Positions 52,891 through 62,726 of a stretch of 64,000 nucleotides of DNA are shown here, in pieces. The notes beneath the pieces were generated by a model. It worked only from the letters and a program-made list of their open reading frames with translations. It had not been told where the DNA came from and ran no database searches. How positions within the stretch are numbered: position 1 is the first letter of the stretch; the number at the start of each line of letters is the position of its first letter. The stretch spans positions 352,001 through 416,000 of the forward strand of contig CAVSHF010000003.1 in assembly GCA_963727805.1 (NCBI GenBank). The letters are read 5' to 3'. The position numbers and the translations under genes are program-made. This DNA is from an uncultured Nitrospiraceae bacterium (GTDB taxonomy: Bacteria; Nitrospirota; Thermodesulfovibrionia; Thermodesulfovibrionales; Dissulfurispiraceae).

Positions 52891-53040
52891 GGCATCCTCC
52901 GAAATTTATAGTCTGCAGTAATAATACCAGAGGCCGTTGCATATTCGGAAGCGATTATTAATACGCAATTAAAATTCGGATCTTGGCTTTCCTAGTTGAG
53001 ATAGGTTGACCCTTTCTTTCTGCGCACAATAAAATAAAGC

Positions 53041-53850
53041 ATGTGTGAATTCTGTACGAAACATGGAGATGGCAAGGTCTGGTATAAAAATGCCGCCAAT
53101 TACGCCACTGATCTGCTGGCGGATATAAAGCGCCGGAAATACATCGAAGAATTTCTCAGGTCGACCATAGAGGATGGGTTTAAGACCCTCGGAAGACTCG
53201 AAACCCTCTTCATGAAGAAGGGACGCCTTCCCGCAACCGTAATCAGGGCGCTTGAAGAAAAAGCCAAGGCCGAGCATTTTGGTCAAGTCCTTCCGATCGA
53301 AGAGATACGCGAGGTAGTGCTCAAGGCTGAGAGCGTTGTCAGGATGCCCTGCGCTTGCCGCTGGACAATGACACGGAAAGAAGAGAGGTGCTGCTATGCA
53401 GTAAGCTACAGCCCAGCTGCATGGTACAAGGGATTCGATATGAGCTATTTCGGCAAGACATCGGATGAAGGCCTGGAATCTGTTCGGTCGGATGAGGCTA
53501 TTAAGCAGATGGAGGCAATGGAAGAGCACGGCGCCATACATTCTATTTGGACCATGATTACGCCATTTATTGGTGCGGTATGCAATTGCACGGCACATGA
53601 TTGCATTGCGCTGCGAACTCTTTCAGGCATAGGGGCTCACACGATAGCGAGGGCCGAACATCAAGCGGTTGTTGATAGGGAATTGTGTGAGGGGTGTGGT
53701 CTCTGCTTCGAGCGCTGTCAGTTCGAGGCGATCGGCAGCGAAATGGAAGCAGGCAAGGGTATCGCTGTTATCGATGCAGAGAAATGTTATGGCTGCGGAT
53801 TGTGTCGACGTGCCTGTGCACCTCAAGCAATTTCACTCATACCGAGATAA
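53041..53850 (+). CDS. Fe-S protein with Cys-rich N-terminal/central domain and C-terminal 2x[4Fe-4S] ferredoxin
   Basis: CEFC..H, CACR, RCC, CNC...C, and CxxCxxCxxxC twice. Confidence 0.85.
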   Translation: MCEFCTKHGDGKVWYKNAANYATDLLADIKRRKYIEEFLRSTIEDGFKTLGRLETLFMKKGRLPATVIRALEEKAKAEHFGQVLPIEEIREVVLKAESVVRMPCACRWTMTRKEERCCYAVSYSPAAWYKGFDMSYFGKTSDEGLESVRSDEAIKQMEAMEEHGAIHSIWTMITPFIGAVCNCTAHDCIALRTLSGIGAHTIARAEHQAVVDRELCEGCGLCFERCQFEAIGSEMEAGKGIAVIDAEKCYGCGLCRRACAPQAISLIPR

Positions 53851-53856
53851 TCTGCA

Positions 53857-54270
53857 ATGTTTCAACTTAACGACAGATTAAAAAATGATACGGTTGAAAT
53901 AGGCAGGCTGGAATTGTCGCTGCTTTTGCTGATAAATGAACGTTCACTGCCATGGGTTATACTTGTTCCCGAAAGGGACGGGATTAAAGAAATCGATGAG
54001 TTGTCGGCTGATGATCGAATTTTACTCATCGAAGAGATAGCCTGTGTGTCACAAGTAATTCGCCATTTGTATTACCCTGACAAGATCAATGTGGGCGCTC
54101 TCGGAAACGTTGTCCAGCAATTACATGTGCATGTCATCGGAAGATTTGTGACGGACCGCGCTTGGCCCGGACCGATATGGGGAATAGGGCAGATGCAAGC
54201 ATACCATATTGATGAGCTGGATAAAGTCTTGGCGCAGATTCGAACCGCTTTGAACGGGAGATTAAAATGA
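53857..54270 (+). CDS. HIT family protein
   Basis: PWVILVP, KINVGALGNVV.QLHVHV. Confidence 0.9.
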   Translation: MFQLNDRLKNDTVEIGRLELSLLLLINERSLPWVILVPERDGIKEIDELSADDRILLIEEIACVSQVIRHLYYPDKINVGALGNVVQQLHVHVIGRFVTDRAWPGPIWGIGQMQAYHIDELDKVLAQIRTALNGRLK

Positions 54271-54581
54271 GATCTTCTCTGCTGTTTTCAGCGACGTTCT
54301 GTCTCTGTATAATCCTTGCACTGGCGGTATCACTCCTATACGCCCAATCCGATCTTTCTGTGGATGAAAGAGTTGCCATTGTCGAGAAGAAGATCGAAGG
54401 AGGGGTTGTTCGGGCAGACCTTATAAGAAACGAATATTCTAGGCTTAAACCGAGGCTGGCAGTGGTGAAATACAAGAGGGCAAAGATTAAAAAAGATGGG
54501 GTAACAAAACAGGCATACAAGGACCTCGATTGCTACCTGTATGGACTCGAAAAGGACAGGACAGATTGCTCAACAGTTTAA
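54267..54581 (+). CDS. Hypothetical exported protein
   Basis: Signal-peptide-like N terminus; ATGA overlap with the HIT gene. Confidence 0.55.
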   Translation: MRSSLLFSATFCLCIILALAVSLLYAQSDLSVDERVAIVEKKIEGGVVRADLIRNEYSRLKPRLAVVKYKRAKIKKDGVTKQAYKDLDCYLYGLEKDRTDCSTV

Positions 54582-54598
54582 AGAGACGATAGCCAGGG

Positions 54599-56461
54599 AT
54601 GATACAGGCAAACAACATATCGAAGTCATACGGCAAACAGGTTATTTTTGACGAAGTTGGTTTTACCATCAATCCGGGCGAACGCGTCGGACTCGTTGGT
54701 AGGAATGGGTATGGCAAGACGACTCTCTTTAAGATGATCATTGGAGAGGAGCACCCCGATGCAGGCGCCATCAGCATACCCAATAATTATGTCCTCGGAT
54801 ACTTATCTCAGCATCTCTCTTTTGCTGCCGATACGATTTTAAAGGAAGGAAGCCTTAGCCTGAGGGCTGATGAAGATGGAAAGGATGAATTGTATCGGGT
54901 CAAGACAGTCCTTCTTGGCCTCGGGTTCACCACCGAAGATTTCGACCGAAGCCCTCAGGAGCTTTCCGGAGGATTCCAGGTCCGGTTAAGCCTCGCAAAG
55001 GTGCTGCTCGGCGAACCCGACCTGTTAATGCTTGACGAACCGACCAACTACCTCGATATCCTCTCGATCCGCTGGCTGAAGGAGTTCCTACGGAACTGGA
55101 AGCACGAAATGATAATTATCACTCATGATCGTGACTTCATGGATAGCGTTACGACCCATACCATGGGAATCCATCGGTGCAAGATACGGAAAATCCCCGG
55201 AACGACTGAGAAGCTTTACAGCCAACTTCTGATGGAAGAAGAGATGTACGAGAGGACCCGGATGAACGACGAAAAAAAGCGTGCCGAGATAGAGAAATTT
55301 ATCAGCCGATTCAGGGCTCAGGCGACCAAGGCCAGAGCAGTCCAGTCTAAGATCAAGGCTCTGGGGAAAAAAGATAGGATGCAACAACTCGAAGAGGCGA
55401 AGACACTCGATTTTGCTTTCCCTTATGAGCCTTTTGAGGGCAGGTGGCTGATGACATGCCATGAACTCTCCTTTTCATATTCAAGGGAAGAGAACCCTCT
55501 GATCAATGGTTTCAGTATTTCTGTTGGCCGTAATGATCGGATAGCCATTATCGGAAAGAACGGCAAGGGGAAAACGACCCTCTTAAATCTGCTTGCCGGT
55601 GAACTGATGCCTGATGAAGGAGAGATTGTCCACAATCAGAAAACACGAACAGGCTATTTTGGACAGACCAATATCGACCGGCTCGATCCCGGCAAAACGG
55701 TCGAACAAGAGATACTCGACGTCCATCCTGACTATAACCGGCGGGCCGCCCGTACGATTTGCGGCATCATGCTTTTCGAGGGAGACGATGCGTTGAAAAA
55801 GATCAATGTGCTCTCCGGAGGTGAAAAGAGCCGTGTCATGCTCGCTAAAATCCTTGTAAGCCCATCTAACCTCCTGCTTCTGGACGAGCCTACGAACCAT
55901 CTCGATATGGAATCGGTCGATTCTTTGGTCGAAGCTCTGGATGCATATGAAGGAGCGGTGATCATCGTCACTCACAGCGAGATGATTCTCAACAGCCTTG
56001 TGAGCCGGCTAATAATCTTTGATGATGACAAGGTGACGGTTTTTGAAGGGACATATGAAGATTTTCTCAGCAGAGTAGGCTGGAAGAGCGAAGTAGCTGA
56101 AGCCGTGCCGTCCGAAGGTGGCAATGAACGAGGCAAAGGGTTGGACCGAAGAGAGGCTAGACGTTTGAGGGCTGAACTTGTCAATGAACGCTCGAAGGCC
56201 CTCGGGACACTCCAGACCCGGATACAAGAAGCTGAAGAGTCCATCATAACCCATGAAAAAAGCATCGAACGCGATACGGAGGAACTTATCAAGGCCTCTG
56301 AAAAGGGCGATTGGCAATCGATCCAGAGGCTGTCAAGAGCCATCCACGATGCTAAAGAGGAAATCGAGCGTCTCTTTGGCGAGCTTGAGGTTCTGACAGA
56401 AAGATATTCGGGCCGGACAAAGGAATTTGAAGAGCGTCTTGCGGGGCTTGGCCAGCTCTAA
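54599..56461 (+). CDS. ABC-F family ATPase
   Basis: Two NBDs (GRNGYGKT, GKNGKGKT; DEPTN twice), no TM segments, coiled-coil C terminus. Confidence 0.93.
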   Translation: MIQANNISKSYGKQVIFDEVGFTINPGERVGLVGRNGYGKTTLFKMIIGEEHPDAGAISIPNNYVLGYLSQHLSFAADTILKEGSLSLRADEDGKDELYRVKTVLLGLGFTTEDFDRSPQELSGGFQVRLSLAKVLLGEPDLLMLDEPTNYLDILSIRWLKEFLRNWKHEMIIITHDRDFMDSVTTHTMGIHRCKIRKIPGTTEKLYSQLLMEEEMYERTRMNDEKKRAEIEKFISRFRAQATKARAVQSKIKALGKKDRMQQLEEAKTLDFAFPYEPFEGRWLMTCHELSFSYSREENPLINGFSISVGRNDRIAIIGKNGKGKTTLLNLLAGELMPDEGEIVHNQKTRTGYFGQTNIDRLDPGKTVEQEILDVHPDYNRRAARTICGIMLFEGDDALKKINVLSGGEKSRVMLAKILVSPSNLLLLDEPTNHLDMESVDSLVEALDAYEGAVIIVTHSEMILNSLVSRLIIFDDDKVTVFEGTYEDFLSRVGWKSEVAEAVPSEGGNERGKGLDRREARRLRAELVNERSKALGTLQTRIQEAEESIITHEKSIERDTEELIKASEKGDWQSIQRLSRAIHDAKEEIERLFGELEVLTERYSGRTKEFEERLAGLGQL

Positions 56462-56591
56462 TGCCCGTGTCAGAATAATACCTACAGCCGTCCAGCCCAA
56501 ATCTTACGTTAAAATCAGTGCTTGGCTGATACCAATTTTATGATGTCAACCGCTATATTGAGAGTGTAATTTCGAGTCAAGGAGGTCTATT

Positions 56592-56840
56592 ATGGGTGTA
56601 AAGGCACTCGCAGAGGCGATCATACTCCAGGCAGCAGAGGATTTTCTGAAGGAAGACCGGCAGGAGGAGGATGTGCTATTTTTCGGCGGTGAGGGATTCA
56701 GGCTATGCTCTGAAATGGCCGGGATGGACCACACAGAAAAATGCGCCTTTCTTGACGTCATCAGAGCATCAGCCCCCGTCCGCTATCCAGAGAAGAAAAA
56801 GAGCATGTCAAGGGGAAGTCAGAGGGTATTGCATATTTAA
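56592..56840 (+). CDS. Small hypothetical protein
   Basis: Strong RBS AAGGAGG; 82 aa with LAEAIILQA.ED...FF motif. Confidence 0.7.
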   Translation: MGVKALAEAIILQAAEDFLKEDRQEEDVLFFGGEGFRLCSEMAGMDHTEKCAFLDVIRASAPVRYPEKKKSMSRGSQRVLHI

Positions 56841-57103
56841 CGATGCGGCAATGGAGAGGTTGAAAAAGGCCCTCCTTGCTTCTGCCTCGAGCTATTTTAT
56901 GTTCTCTGCCGGATAGTCCGCTTCTTTGCGAGCTTTGATTCCGCCCGGATAAAGATAGACTGCGGCTGCATTTCGCAAATCGGCAGTAAAATACAATGCC
57001 TTTTTTTTGTGTGGAACGTTATATACTTCTTTGCGGTTTATTGGCAATCAGGCGCTAAGCGACACTTTTTGTGAGTTTGAGGCTCATTGAACTGACATAT
57101 GGA

Positions 57104-58003
57104 TTACATTGATATCTGTTTGGATTCGGTCAGGACATGCTCGAAAAAGAGCGTATACGCAGCGGGCAGTGACCGTTTCTTATGGGTTATGACATAGAAA
57201 TTCCTTTTCATCTGCACATCTGCAAGTTCGATTTCCTTCAGTATTTTATATTTCAGCTCATCCCTGACCGAAAGGCGCGAAAGAATCGAAATTCCCATTC
57301 CCGCTTTGACTGCCTGCTTTATTGAATCGGTTGAGCCGAATAATCCTACAATATTCATAGTGTCGATGTTCAGACCTTTGCTGCTGAAAATTCTCTCGAT
57401 CTCTTTTCTTGTCCCCGACCCTTCTTCGCGCAGGACCATGGGGAGTGAAACGATTTCCTGAAATTTGATAGTCTCTTTTTTAGCGGAGTGAGGCGCTGTA
57501 ACGATGATCAGTTCATCCTCGATGAGAGGAGTATATGTTATCTGGGAATTAATAAGTTTTGCACCCACAATGCCGATGAGTATTTCATGCGCCAGGACCT
57601 TTCGGACAATCTCTTTCGAATCGGCAATTATTATCTGAAATGAAATGGAGGGATATTTTTTTCTGAATGTAGCCATGACTGGCGGTAACAGATAAGTACC
57701 GGGAATAGTGCTTGCCCCGATGACGAGTTCTCCTGCAGGCTCTTTCTTGAACTGGCTGATTACCTCTTTCACAGCATCAGCCTTTTCGATGATCTCGATA
57801 GCATGTCCAAATAACGCTTCAGCTTCCTTTGTCGGGAGGATGGACCGTCCCAAACGATCGAATAACCGACATCCGAATTCATCCTCGAGTGTCTTGATAT
57901 GGTCGCTGATGGTGGGCTGTGTAAGATAGAGTTCTTCAGAAGCCCGTGAAAAGCTTCTATTCCGGAAAACGGACACAAAGATTCTGAGTTGATGTATATC
58001 CAT
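57104..58003 (-). CDS. LysR family regulator, CysL-like (resembles the selenium-metabolism-associated LysR family)
   Basis: HTH SFSRASEELYLTQPTIS; GASTIPG and REEGSGTR motifs. Confidence 0.88.
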   Translation of the reverse strand: MDIHQLRIFVSVFRNRSFSRASEELYLTQPTISDHIKTLEDEFGCRLFDRLGRSILPTKEAEALFGHAIEIIEKADAVKEVISQFKKEPAGELVIGASTIPGTYLLPPVMATFRKKYPSISFQIIIADSKEIVRKVLAHEILIGIVGAKLINSQITYTPLIEDELIIVTAPHSAKKETIKFQEIVSLPMVLREEGSGTRKEIERIFSSKGLNIDTMNIVGLFGSTDSIKQAVKAGMGISILSRLSVRDELKYKILKEIELADVQMKRNFYVITHKKRSLPAAYTLFFEHVLTESKQISM

Positions 58004-58105
58004 AGAACAAATTATAGCATATCATGATGTTTCTATTGGGCTAATCCATAGTGCAGCAGTCAGGACCTTTTGACCACCTGTCGTCTGACCTGATAAACTG
58101 GGTAT

Positions 58106-58741
58106 ATGAAAGTCTGTGAAATCTTTGCGAGTATTCAGGGAGAGTCAACATATGCGGGTCTCCCTTGCATATTTGTCAGAATGACGGGTTGCAACCTCAG
58201 GTGTAAATACTGTGATACTACATATGCCTATGATCAAGGATCTGAAATGACTGTGCAAGAGATAATCGATGCTGTGCGCTGTTTCGGTTTTAACCTCGTC
58301 GAGATTACCGGAGGTGAACCTTTGCTGCAAAGAGATACTGGCGCTCTCATCTCATTGCTTCTCAATATGAAGTTCAAGGTTATGATCGAAACAAATGGCA
58401 GTGCGAATATCGGAGATATTGACCGGAGAGCGATCATCATCATGGATGTAAAAACCCCGGGAAGTGGCATGTCTGGTAGTGTGCGCATTGAGAATATAGC
58501 TCTTCTAAAGAAAAGTGATGAACTGAAATTCGTGATCACTGACAAGGTGGATTATGATTGGGCTCGTGCGATGGTTAGACAATTTAGTTTGTCCGAAAAA
58601 TGCACAGTTCTTTTTTCGCCGGTCTACGGAAAGCTCGAACCACTGGAGCTTTCCAAATGGATTATCGCTGATAAACTGCCCGTAAGAATAAACCTTCAGC
58701 TCCACAAGTATATCTACAGTCCCGACCAAAGAGGCGTCTGA
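58106..58741 (+). CDS. queE: 7-carboxy-7-deazaguanine synthase (radical SAM)
   Basis: EIF.SIQGE, GCNLRC.YCDT, TGGEPL, QLHK. Confidence 0.92.
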   Translation: MKVCEIFASIQGESTYAGLPCIFVRMTGCNLRCKYCDTTYAYDQGSEMTVQEIIDAVRCFGFNLVEITGGEPLLQRDTGALISLLLNMKFKVMIETNGSANIGDIDRRAIIIMDVKTPGSGMSGSVRIENIALLKKSDELKFVITDKVDYDWARAMVRQFSLSEKCTVLFSPVYGKLEPLELSKWIIADKLPVRINLQLHKYIYSPDQRGV

Positions 58742-58803
58742 TTACTTATTGGTGATTCGATGCCGCAAGAACCCTGATCTGTAACGTTCACTAGAAATTG
58801 AGT

Positions 58804-58832
58804 TTGACAATATAGGAAAAACTCGTTAACAT
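58804..58832 (+). promoter_or_regulatory. Putative sigma70 promoter of the zur-znu operon
   Basis: TTGACA-17 nt-TAACAT. Confidence 0.65.
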
Positions 58833-58833
58833 A

Positions 58834-58858
58834 ATAAATAGAAATCATTTCTATTTAT
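58834..58858. promoter_or_regulatory. Zur/Fur-family operator
   Basis: Perfect 12-1-12 palindrome ATAAATAGAAAT-C-ATTTCTATTTAT directly after the -10 box. Confidence 0.8.
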
Positions 58859-58875
58859 GAATGAAATCGTGATGT

Positions 58876-59313
58876 ATGAAAGAAAATAAGTATACCGATT
58901 TTCTCAAACAACTCCAGCTGAAAGCAACCCCGAGAAGGGTGGCTGTGCTGACTATCCTTGCAGGGGAGCAAGCCTATGCCGGTCCAGAGGAGATATGGAA
59001 GAAGATGAAGACAAAATTTAACAGGATTGGCCTCCCGACGGTCTATCGTATCCTTGAGGAATTATCGGATAAGGGTGTTATCACAAAGATTATTCATCCA
59101 AGTCGGCAACTCTTCTATTATTACTGTGGCAATGCCGGGCACCATCATCATTTCATCTGCGTTTCGTGCAGGAAGGTCGAAGATGTGAATTTCTGCGCTA
59201 CAGGGGCGATTGAAAACGAGGTTACAAGAAATCTGAAAGGTAAGGTTCTCTCCCATATACTACAGATTAATGGCCTTTGCGAGCCCTGCTCAAAAAAAGA
59301 AGGCTGTGAATGA
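58876..59313 (+). CDS. zur: Fur-family regulator, probably Zur
   Basis: TPRR, TVYR.L, HHHHFICVSC, G.CxxC; first gene before znuACB. Confidence 0.82.
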   Translation: MKENKYTDFLKQLQLKATPRRVAVLTILAGEQAYAGPEEIWKKMKTKFNRIGLPTVYRILEELSDKGVITKIIHPSRQLFYYYCGNAGHHHHFICVSCRKVEDVNFCATGAIENEVTRNLKGKVLSHILQINGLCEPCSKKEGCE

Positions 59314-60266
59314 ACATTAAAATAATAGCAATTCCGCTGCTCGTTTCTCTCTTGATAGTCACCTGCATATCTTGCGGGAAAGATGCAAAGTCTCCTGAAG
59401 CAGGTGCACATAAACTCAAGGTCGTCGTGAGTCTGTATCCGCTATATGACTTTGTTCGAAATATCGGCAAGGATAAAGTGGATGTCGAACTGCTTCTTCC
59501 ACCCGGTGTCGAACCACACAGTTTTGAGCCTAATCCCGCTGATATTCTCCATCTCAATCACGCTGATATTTTCGTTTATACGAATAAATATATGGAACCT
59601 TGGGTGGAAGACATTATTAGAGGGATGGACAGCGGAAAGATGCTCATCCTCGATTCAAGCAGAGGGGTCCTTTTTACGGAAGAGAGAGACGATGGCGAAG
59701 AAGGACACCACAGCAAAGAGAAGCGAGGACATGTGGGAATGGACCCTCACATATGGCTCGACCTTGGCAATGCGATGATGATGGTTGACACAGTCCGGGA
59801 CGGGTTTATTCAAAAGGATCCTGCGAACCAAGATTATTACCAAAAAAATGCCGCTCAATACAAAATAGTGCTTCAGGGACTAGATATGAAATTCAGGAAG
59901 GGACTCAGCAGTTGCAAAAAAAGAGTGTTTATCAACGGCGGACATTTTGCCTTCGAATATCTTGCCCGCAGATATGGACTTACTTATGTATCGGCCTATG
60001 GCATCTCTCCGGATGCAGAACCGACTCCAGGGCAGCTGGTAAAAATAAGCAGGATGGTCAGGAAGGAGGGTTTGAAGTACCTCTTTTACGAAGAACTGCT
60101 CACTCCTCGAGTGGCCGAAATGTTAGCTCGCGAAACGGGCGTACAGCTTCTCTTTCTTCACGGAGCGCATAATATCAGCAAGGAGGAATTTGTCCGAGGG
60201 GTCACTTTTGTTGAGTTGATGGAAAAGAACCTGGAAAATCTGGAAACGGGGCTTCAATGCCGGTAA
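59310..60266 (+). CDS. znuA: Zinc ABC substrate-binding lipoprotein
   Basis: Lipobox, EPHSFEP, His/acidic loop, DPHIWL, H.AF.Y. Confidence 0.88.
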   Translation: MNIKIIAIPLLVSLLIVTCISCGKDAKSPEAGAHKLKVVVSLYPLYDFVRNIGKDKVDVELLLPPGVEPHSFEPNPADILHLNHADIFVYTNKYMEPWVEDIIRGMDSGKMLILDSSRGVLFTEERDDGEEGHHSKEKRGHVGMDPHIWLDLGNAMMMVDTVRDGFIQKDPANQDYYQKNAAQYKIVLQGLDMKFRKGLSSCKKRVFINGGHFAFEYLARRYGLTYVSAYGISPDAEPTPGQLVKISRMVRKEGLKYLFYEELLTPRVAEMLARETGVQLLFLHGAHNISKEEFVRGVTFVELMEKNLENLETGLQCR

Positions 60267-60267
60267 A

Positions 60268-61011
60268 ATGATCAATATCGAAAAATTATCTTACAGTTAC
60301 AATTCAATCGAAGTCTTGAGCAATATCTCTTGCGATATTGATGAAGGAGATTATATCGGCCTCGTCGGTCCGAACGGTTCAGGTAAATCGACACTCATAA
60401 AATTGATATTGGGGCTGTTGATGCCGACTTCCGGCCGTGTGAGGCTTTTGGGACATCCGTCATCTGAATTTAAATGCCGCGAGGCAATAGGCTATCTGCC
60501 GCAGAAGATGAGCTTTTTCAATCCCTATTTTCCTTCTACTGTCAAGGAAATTGTTGCATTGGGGTTAGTATCGAGGAAGAAATTCCCCAAGCGGCTCAAT
60601 GCCGCCGACGAGAAAACGATCGACAGGACACTCGAGATACTGAATATAGCGGATATCGGGCACAAGATGATAGGAGACCTCTCGGGAGGCCAGCAACAAA
60701 GGGTCTTTATCGCACGAGCGCTCGTCAACAAGCCGGAACTCCTGTTTCTTGACGAGCCGACCACCGCGCTCGATCCCGAAACACGGGAAAACTTTTTCGA
60801 GGTCCTAAGCGATCTGAACCGTAACAATAAAGTTACGGTGGTGCTGGTGACTCATGATATCGGAACCATCGGCAAATATGCTTCGAAGCTCTTATATATA
60901 GATAGAGGAGTAATATTTTATGGCAGTTTCGATGAATTTTGCCTGTCCGGCGATATGACAAGATTTTTTGGAGCATCATCGCAGCATCTCATCTGTCACA
61001 GGCATGAATAA
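60268..61011 (+). CDS. znuC: Zinc ABC ATP-binding protein
   Basis: GPNGSGKS, LSGGQQQRV, VTHD. Confidence 0.88.
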   Translation: MINIEKLSYSYNSIEVLSNISCDIDEGDYIGLVGPNGSGKSTLIKLILGLLMPTSGRVRLLGHPSSEFKCREAIGYLPQKMSFFNPYFPSTVKEIVALGLVSRKKFPKRLNAADEKTIDRTLEILNIADIGHKMIGDLSGGQQQRVFIARALVNKPELLFLDEPTTALDPETRENFFEVLSDLNRNNKVTVVLVTHDIGTIGKYASKLLYIDRGVIFYGSFDEFCLSGDMTRFFGASSQHLICHRHE

Positions 61012-61043
61012 TATCACGATTATGAGTTACTTTTGGGGATTGG

Positions 61044-61874
61044 ATGTCGATTATAGAATATCTTGATTATGGATTCATTCAGAGGGCGATAATTTCAGGA
61101 GCGTTCATAGCGGTACTCTGCTCCACTCTCGGCGTTCTACTTGTGCTACGTCGGCTTTCCCTCATCGGCGACGGTCTTGCTCATGTGACGTTTGGGAGCG
61201 TAGCCCTCGGCCTGTTGTTCAGGGTTTATCCCCTCTACATCTCTCTCCCAGTTGTAATGGCGAGTTCGCTTGGTATTTTAAAACTGATGGAACGGGCGCG
61301 GATCTTCGGGGACGCGGCAATCGGCATACTGTCAGCCCTTGGAATTGCAGGGGGTATTCTGGCGGCGAGTCTTGCCGGAGGGTTTAATGTGGACCTCTTC
61401 AGTTACCTGTTCGGGAATATATTATCTATCAGCGTTCAGGAGGTCTATACATCAATCTGTCTTTCGGTGATAGTGCTGTCAGTCATTGTATTTAATTATC
61501 ACGATATATTTTCAATAACGTTTGACGAAGAGTTCGCAAAGGCAAGCGGCATCAATGTGAACAGAATCAATACCATGATCGTGCTCTTTACAGCGATTAC
61601 CGTAGTCCTTACCATGAAAGTAGTCGGCATCATGCTTACATCCGCCCTTTTGATATTTCCGGCGGTCACCGCTTTTCAGGTAGCCCGCGGGTTCAAATAC
61701 GCACTCTTGATTGCCGCTACTGTTGCGCTCTCTTCGGTCATTAGCGGCATTTTCTTGTCCCTGCTTTTCAATCTTCCGACGGGGGCATCGATAGTTAGCG
61801 TCAATTTCATTTTTTTTGCTCTTGCCTTCATTTGCAAAAGCTCTTTTGGCGATAGTAGGGGCCACCGGGCTTGA
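61044..61874 (+). CDS. znuB: Zinc ABC permease
   Basis: GDGLAH, YLFGNIL, FDEEFA..GI. Confidence 0.88.
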   Translation: MSIIEYLDYGFIQRAIISGAFIAVLCSTLGVLLVLRRLSLIGDGLAHVTFGSVALGLLFRVYPLYISLPVVMASSLGILKLMERARIFGDAAIGILSALGIAGGILAASLAGGFNVDLFSYLFGNILSISVQEVYTSICLSVIVLSVIVFNYHDIFSITFDEEFAKASGINVNRINTMIVLFTAITVVLTMKVVGIMLTSALLIFPAVTAFQVARGFKYALLIAATVALSSVISGIFLSLLFNLPTGASIVSVNFIFFALAFICKSSFGDSRGHRA

Positions 61875-61892
61875 TGGCAAAAGGAAATAATT

Positions 61893-62726
61893 GTGATAGA
61901 AGTTAATACTCTCTCAAAATCATACGGTTTGATAAAGGCAGTCGATGGAGTTTCGTTTGCCATCCCCGATGGCGAGGTCTTCGGGCTGCTCGGTCCCAAT
62001 GGTGCCGGCAAAACAACCATAATCAGAATGCTGACGACCCTGACGAAGCCCGATGGTGGCTGGTGCCGCATTGACGGTATTGACGTTGTATCCCAACCAA
62101 TTGAGGTCAAGAAGCTGATAGGGGTTGTGCCGCAAGAAAATAACCTTGATCGGGAACTTACAGCATACGAAAACCTGTATATTTATTCTATGTTTCACAA
62201 TGTCGAAGACAAGGAAGCAAAAATTGATAAGGCATTGAGAATCGTGGGGCTCGGGGAGCGGCGTGATTCTTTGGCTCACCACTTTTCCGGAGGCATGCAG
62301 CGGAGACTGCTTCTTGCCCGAGCGCTCCTTCCAGACCCGAAGGTCCTTTTTCTGGATGAGCCGTCTATTGGCCTCGATCCCCAGATCAGAAGGCAGATGT
62401 GGGATGTTATAAGGAAGACGCGAATAGAGGGACGGACGGTAGTGCTCACAACACATTACATTGAAGAAGCAGAGTTGCTGTGTGACAGGGTTGGCATTCT
62501 GGCGAAAGGCCATCTCGTTGTTCTTGACACTCCTGCACAGCTCAAGGCCTGCGTGGGCGAATATATTGTCGAGCTGATCGATCAGGAAGGTAAGCTGGTG
62601 CAACAAATTTGCAAGACCCGCGAGGAAGCTCACGAGGTCGCAAAGGGCATGGCTGACGGAGTCACGGTGAGAAAGTCGAATCTTGAGGATGTCTTCATTA
62701 AGCTAACAGGGGAACGCATAGAATGA
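61893..62726 (+). CDS. ABC-2 exporter ATP-binding protein (NodI/DrrA-like)
   Basis: GPNGAGKT, FSGGMQRR, TTHYIEEA. Confidence 0.88.
   Translation: MIEVNTLSKSYGLIKAVDGVSFAIPDGEVFGLLGPNGAGKTTIIRMLTTLTKPDGGWCRIDGIDVVSQPIEVKKLIGVVPQENNLDRELTAYENLYIYSMFHNVEDKEAKIDKALRIVGLGERRDSLAHHFSGGMQRRLLLARALLPDPKVLFLDEPSIGLDPQIRRQMWDVIRKTRIEGRTVVLTTHYIEEAELLCDRVGILAKGHLVVLDTPAQLKACVGEYIVELIDQEGKLVQQICKTREEAHEVAKGMADGVTVRKSNLEDVFIKLTGERIE

Noticed and set aside
58004..58105. preQ1 riboswitch upstream of queE
   Set aside because: No recognisable preQ1 stem-loop or A-rich tail in the short intergenic region
61920..62633. Long antisense ORFs (e.g. 237 aa here, also 8408-9091, 52240-52881, 52969-53598)
   Set aside because: Shadow frames of well-supported genes on the opposite strand, with no motifs
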